The translations under genes and the position numbers were made by a program. Below, in pieces: positions 61,321 to 64,000 of a stretch of 64,000 nucleotides of DNA (position 1 is the stretch's first letter; each line of letters starts with the position of its first letter). Under the pieces are notes generated by a model. That model ran no database searches, was not told the DNA's origin, and saw only the letters and a program-made list of their open reading frames with translations. The DNA lies in NCBI RefSeq assembly GCF_006345805.1, contig NC_043004.1:101432001-101496000 (forward strand), in the 5' to 3' direction. This stretch comes from Octopus sinensis (lineage: Eukaryota).

Positions 61321-61432
61321 TATACATATATATATATATAATATATATATATATATGCCTGTATGTGTGTATATATATGTGTATATATATGTGTGTATAT
61401 ATAATAATATATATATATTTATATATATAATA

Positions 61433-61463
<31 letters not shown>

Positions 61464-62180
61464 GACCAGGCAGGACAAGTGAGCCCAGCCCACTTATGAA
61501 TGCCTTTCCTCCCTTGGACACAAAGACCTGTTGAGGCAAGCAAAGTCGATATAGAACCTCATCTGACGACAGGCACCCATGCCAACCCCCTTTGCTTGCG
61601 AAGACATGTTGGAACAAGCGAAAGCGAAATCGAAATCGAATTGAACCAGCCAGGACCCCTGGTCTGGTGGTACGTAAAAAGCACTATCCGACTCGTGGCC
61701 GATGCCAGCGCCCCCTCCACTGGCTTCCGTGCCGGTGGCACGTAAAATATACCAATCCGACCGTACGACAGGCACCCATGCCAACCTCCTTTGCTTGCGA
61801 AGACATGTTGGGGCAAGCGAAATCGAAATCGAATTGAACCAGCCAGGATCCCTGGTCTGGTGGTACATAAAAAGCACTATCCGACTCGTGGCCGATGCCA
61901 GCGCCGCCTCGACTGGCTTCCGTGCTGGTGGCACATAAAATATACCAATCCAACCATGGCCGTTGCCAGCCTCGCCTGGCACCTGTGCAGGTGGCACGTA
62001 AAAAGCACCCACTACACTCACGGAGTGGTTGGCGTTAGGAAGGGCATCCAGCTGTAGAAACATTGCCAGATAAGACTGGAGCCTGGTGCAGCCTTCTGGC
62101 TTCCCAGATCCCCGGTCGAACCGTCCTACCCATGCTAGCATGGAGAACGGACGTTAAACGATGATGATGATGATGATGAT
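61464..62180 (+). mobile_element. Family D long form with ~199-bp internal tandem duplication
   Basis: Units start 61566 and 61765; ends GGACGTTAAACG(ATG)n. Confidence 0.9.
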
Positions 62181-62205
62181 ATATATATATACATACATAT
62201 ATATT

Positions 62206-62286
<81 letters not shown>

Positions 62287-62590
62287 ATATATACATATAT
62301 ATACACACATACACACCACACACACATAATCACATACATATATGCATGTATATATATATTTATGTATGTATATATATGTATATATATATACACACATATA
62401 CATACATACATACATACACATACATATACATACATGCATACATACACACACATACATACATACACACATACACACATACATGCATACATACATACATACA
62501 TACACACATACACACACATACATGCATCCATCCATCCATGCATCCATCCATCCATCCATACATACATACATACATACATACATATTAATG
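62180..62590. repeat. Compound (TA)n/(TACA)n/(TCCA)n microsatellite
   Basis: Direct reading. Confidence 0.95.
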
Positions 62591-63046
62591 CTGGCATGGA
62601 AAAATGGATATAAAAACAAATGAGAAGGTAAAATACTGCATGAAAGCAGGAAGTCTTAACTTCAAGAAGGAAAAAAAAATACATTTCCTTCTTTTTAGAA
62701 CTGAGAATTTTAAACAAAGAATTTACTGGGTAGGGCAAGTCTTTCTAGATTGCAGTTGCTTTCTCACTGGCTGTTATTCATTATGAATTCCAAGATTTAC
62801 CTAAAGAGGGCAGGGAGGGAGAATATTCAGTGGGTAGTTGAATAAAAGTGGGATGATAATGAGGTGGCCAAAAGGGTGCAATGGATGTAAAAACAGCGGG
62901 TTAACTTGGTTAAGTTTTATTTGTGAAATACGTTTGTTTTTGAATTTCCTGCAGAGAGTGGTCTATGTTTGTGGTGGTAGTGGTGGTGCCAGTGCTAGGA
63001 ATTTGACCTGGCTGCCCCCAAAAGCTGAGGAACCACTGCTCTAGAG

Positions 63047-63639
63047 CAGTGCTTTTCAAACTTTTTGCTGGAGCGGAACCCCAAGGAAACATTCCACTGG
63101 CTCGGGGAACCCCTGTGCAATAATTTAATAGTCTTATGCACACATATAGGCGCAGGAGTGGCTGTGTCGTAAGTAGCTTGCTAACCAACCACATGGTTCC
63201 GGGTTCAGTCCCACTGTGTGGCATCTTGGGCAAGTGTCTTCTGCTATAGTGCCGGGCCGACCAATGCCTTATGAGTGGATTTGGTAGACGGAAACTGAAA
63301 GAAGCCTGTCGTATATATGTATGTGTGTCTGTGTTTGTCCCCCTAGCATTGCTTGTGTTTACGTCCCCGTAACTTAGCGGTTCGGCAAAAGAGATCGATA
63401 GAAAAAGTACTGGGCTTACAAAGAATAAGTCCCATGGTCGATTTGCTCGACTAAAGGCGGTGCTCCAGCATGGCCGCAGTCAAATGACTAAAACAAGTAA
63501 AAGAGTAAATGAGAGAGATATCTGCACAGGAAAATTTAAAATTACTGCCGATTTTAGCAGTTTTGTAACTTCTTGCGGAACCCCTAGACTGTACTGGCAG
63601 AACCCTAAGGTTCCGCAGAACCCTGGTTGAAAATCACTG
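63047..63639. mobile_element. hAT (Charlie-like) MITE containing a SINE
   Basis: TIR CAGTG.TTTTCAA; perfect TSD CTCTAGAG at 63039-63046 and 63640-63647. Confidence 0.9.
63149..63508 (+). mobile_element. SINE family A nested in hAT MITE
   Basis: Full-length family consensus. Confidence 0.9.
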
Positions 63640-64000
63640 CTCTAGAGTATCATATTATTAATAATTGTTATTGATCTATGGATTGCGAATAACATAGTCA
63701 TTACAAATACTTAATATTCATTCAGCTTAATCTAATTGTAGTTATACTTTGAGTAGCAACAGTTGGGTAGATTACATATCCCTTTCAGATAAACAATTGA
63801 CGATATATCCCACCATTGGTATAGGAGCTAAGTTATTGAGTGGTTGAAGCAATGAATGCTTAACTGAAATTAATAGGAACAGCTAATTCTATTCCATTAA
63901 TAAATGGGACAATGAATTGATTGGATGTTAGGCTACACATACTAGTCTTTAGTTTTATATTTCATGTTTCTGCATGCAAATCGTACAGCTGTACCAACAT

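Overview
AT-rich, repeat-saturated metazoan genomic DNA. The SINE families, (TA)n/(CA)n/(CT)n load and RTE/Penelope remnants look like an Octopus genome; this is inferred from repeat style, not from a search. Most of the window is transposon debris: four SINE-like families in many copies, CR1, RTE, CRE-like and L1/Tx1-like LINE fragments, a Penelope-like element (RT + GIY-YIG) fused to a ~3.1 kb satellite, mariner remnants, hAT and Tc1/mariner MITEs with clear TIR/TSD, and three non-autonomous Helitrons. One convincing host coding exon is present (minus strand, ~26.7-27.7 kb, terminal exon, product unidentified), with a possible promoter near 34.3 kb and a few weak small-exon candidates. The strongest unexplained theme is a set of unrelated non-coding fold-back (palindromic) elements and one tRNA-headed SINE that carry minimal type I hammerhead ribozyme motifs, with intact cores at 9149-9239 (plus its mirror at 8872-8962) and 31429-31476. 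They suggest a network of ribozyme-bearing parasites of Penelope-like retroelements. No bacterial-type features, rRNA, true tRNA or CRISPR arrays were seen. Boundaries of degenerate repeats are approximate.
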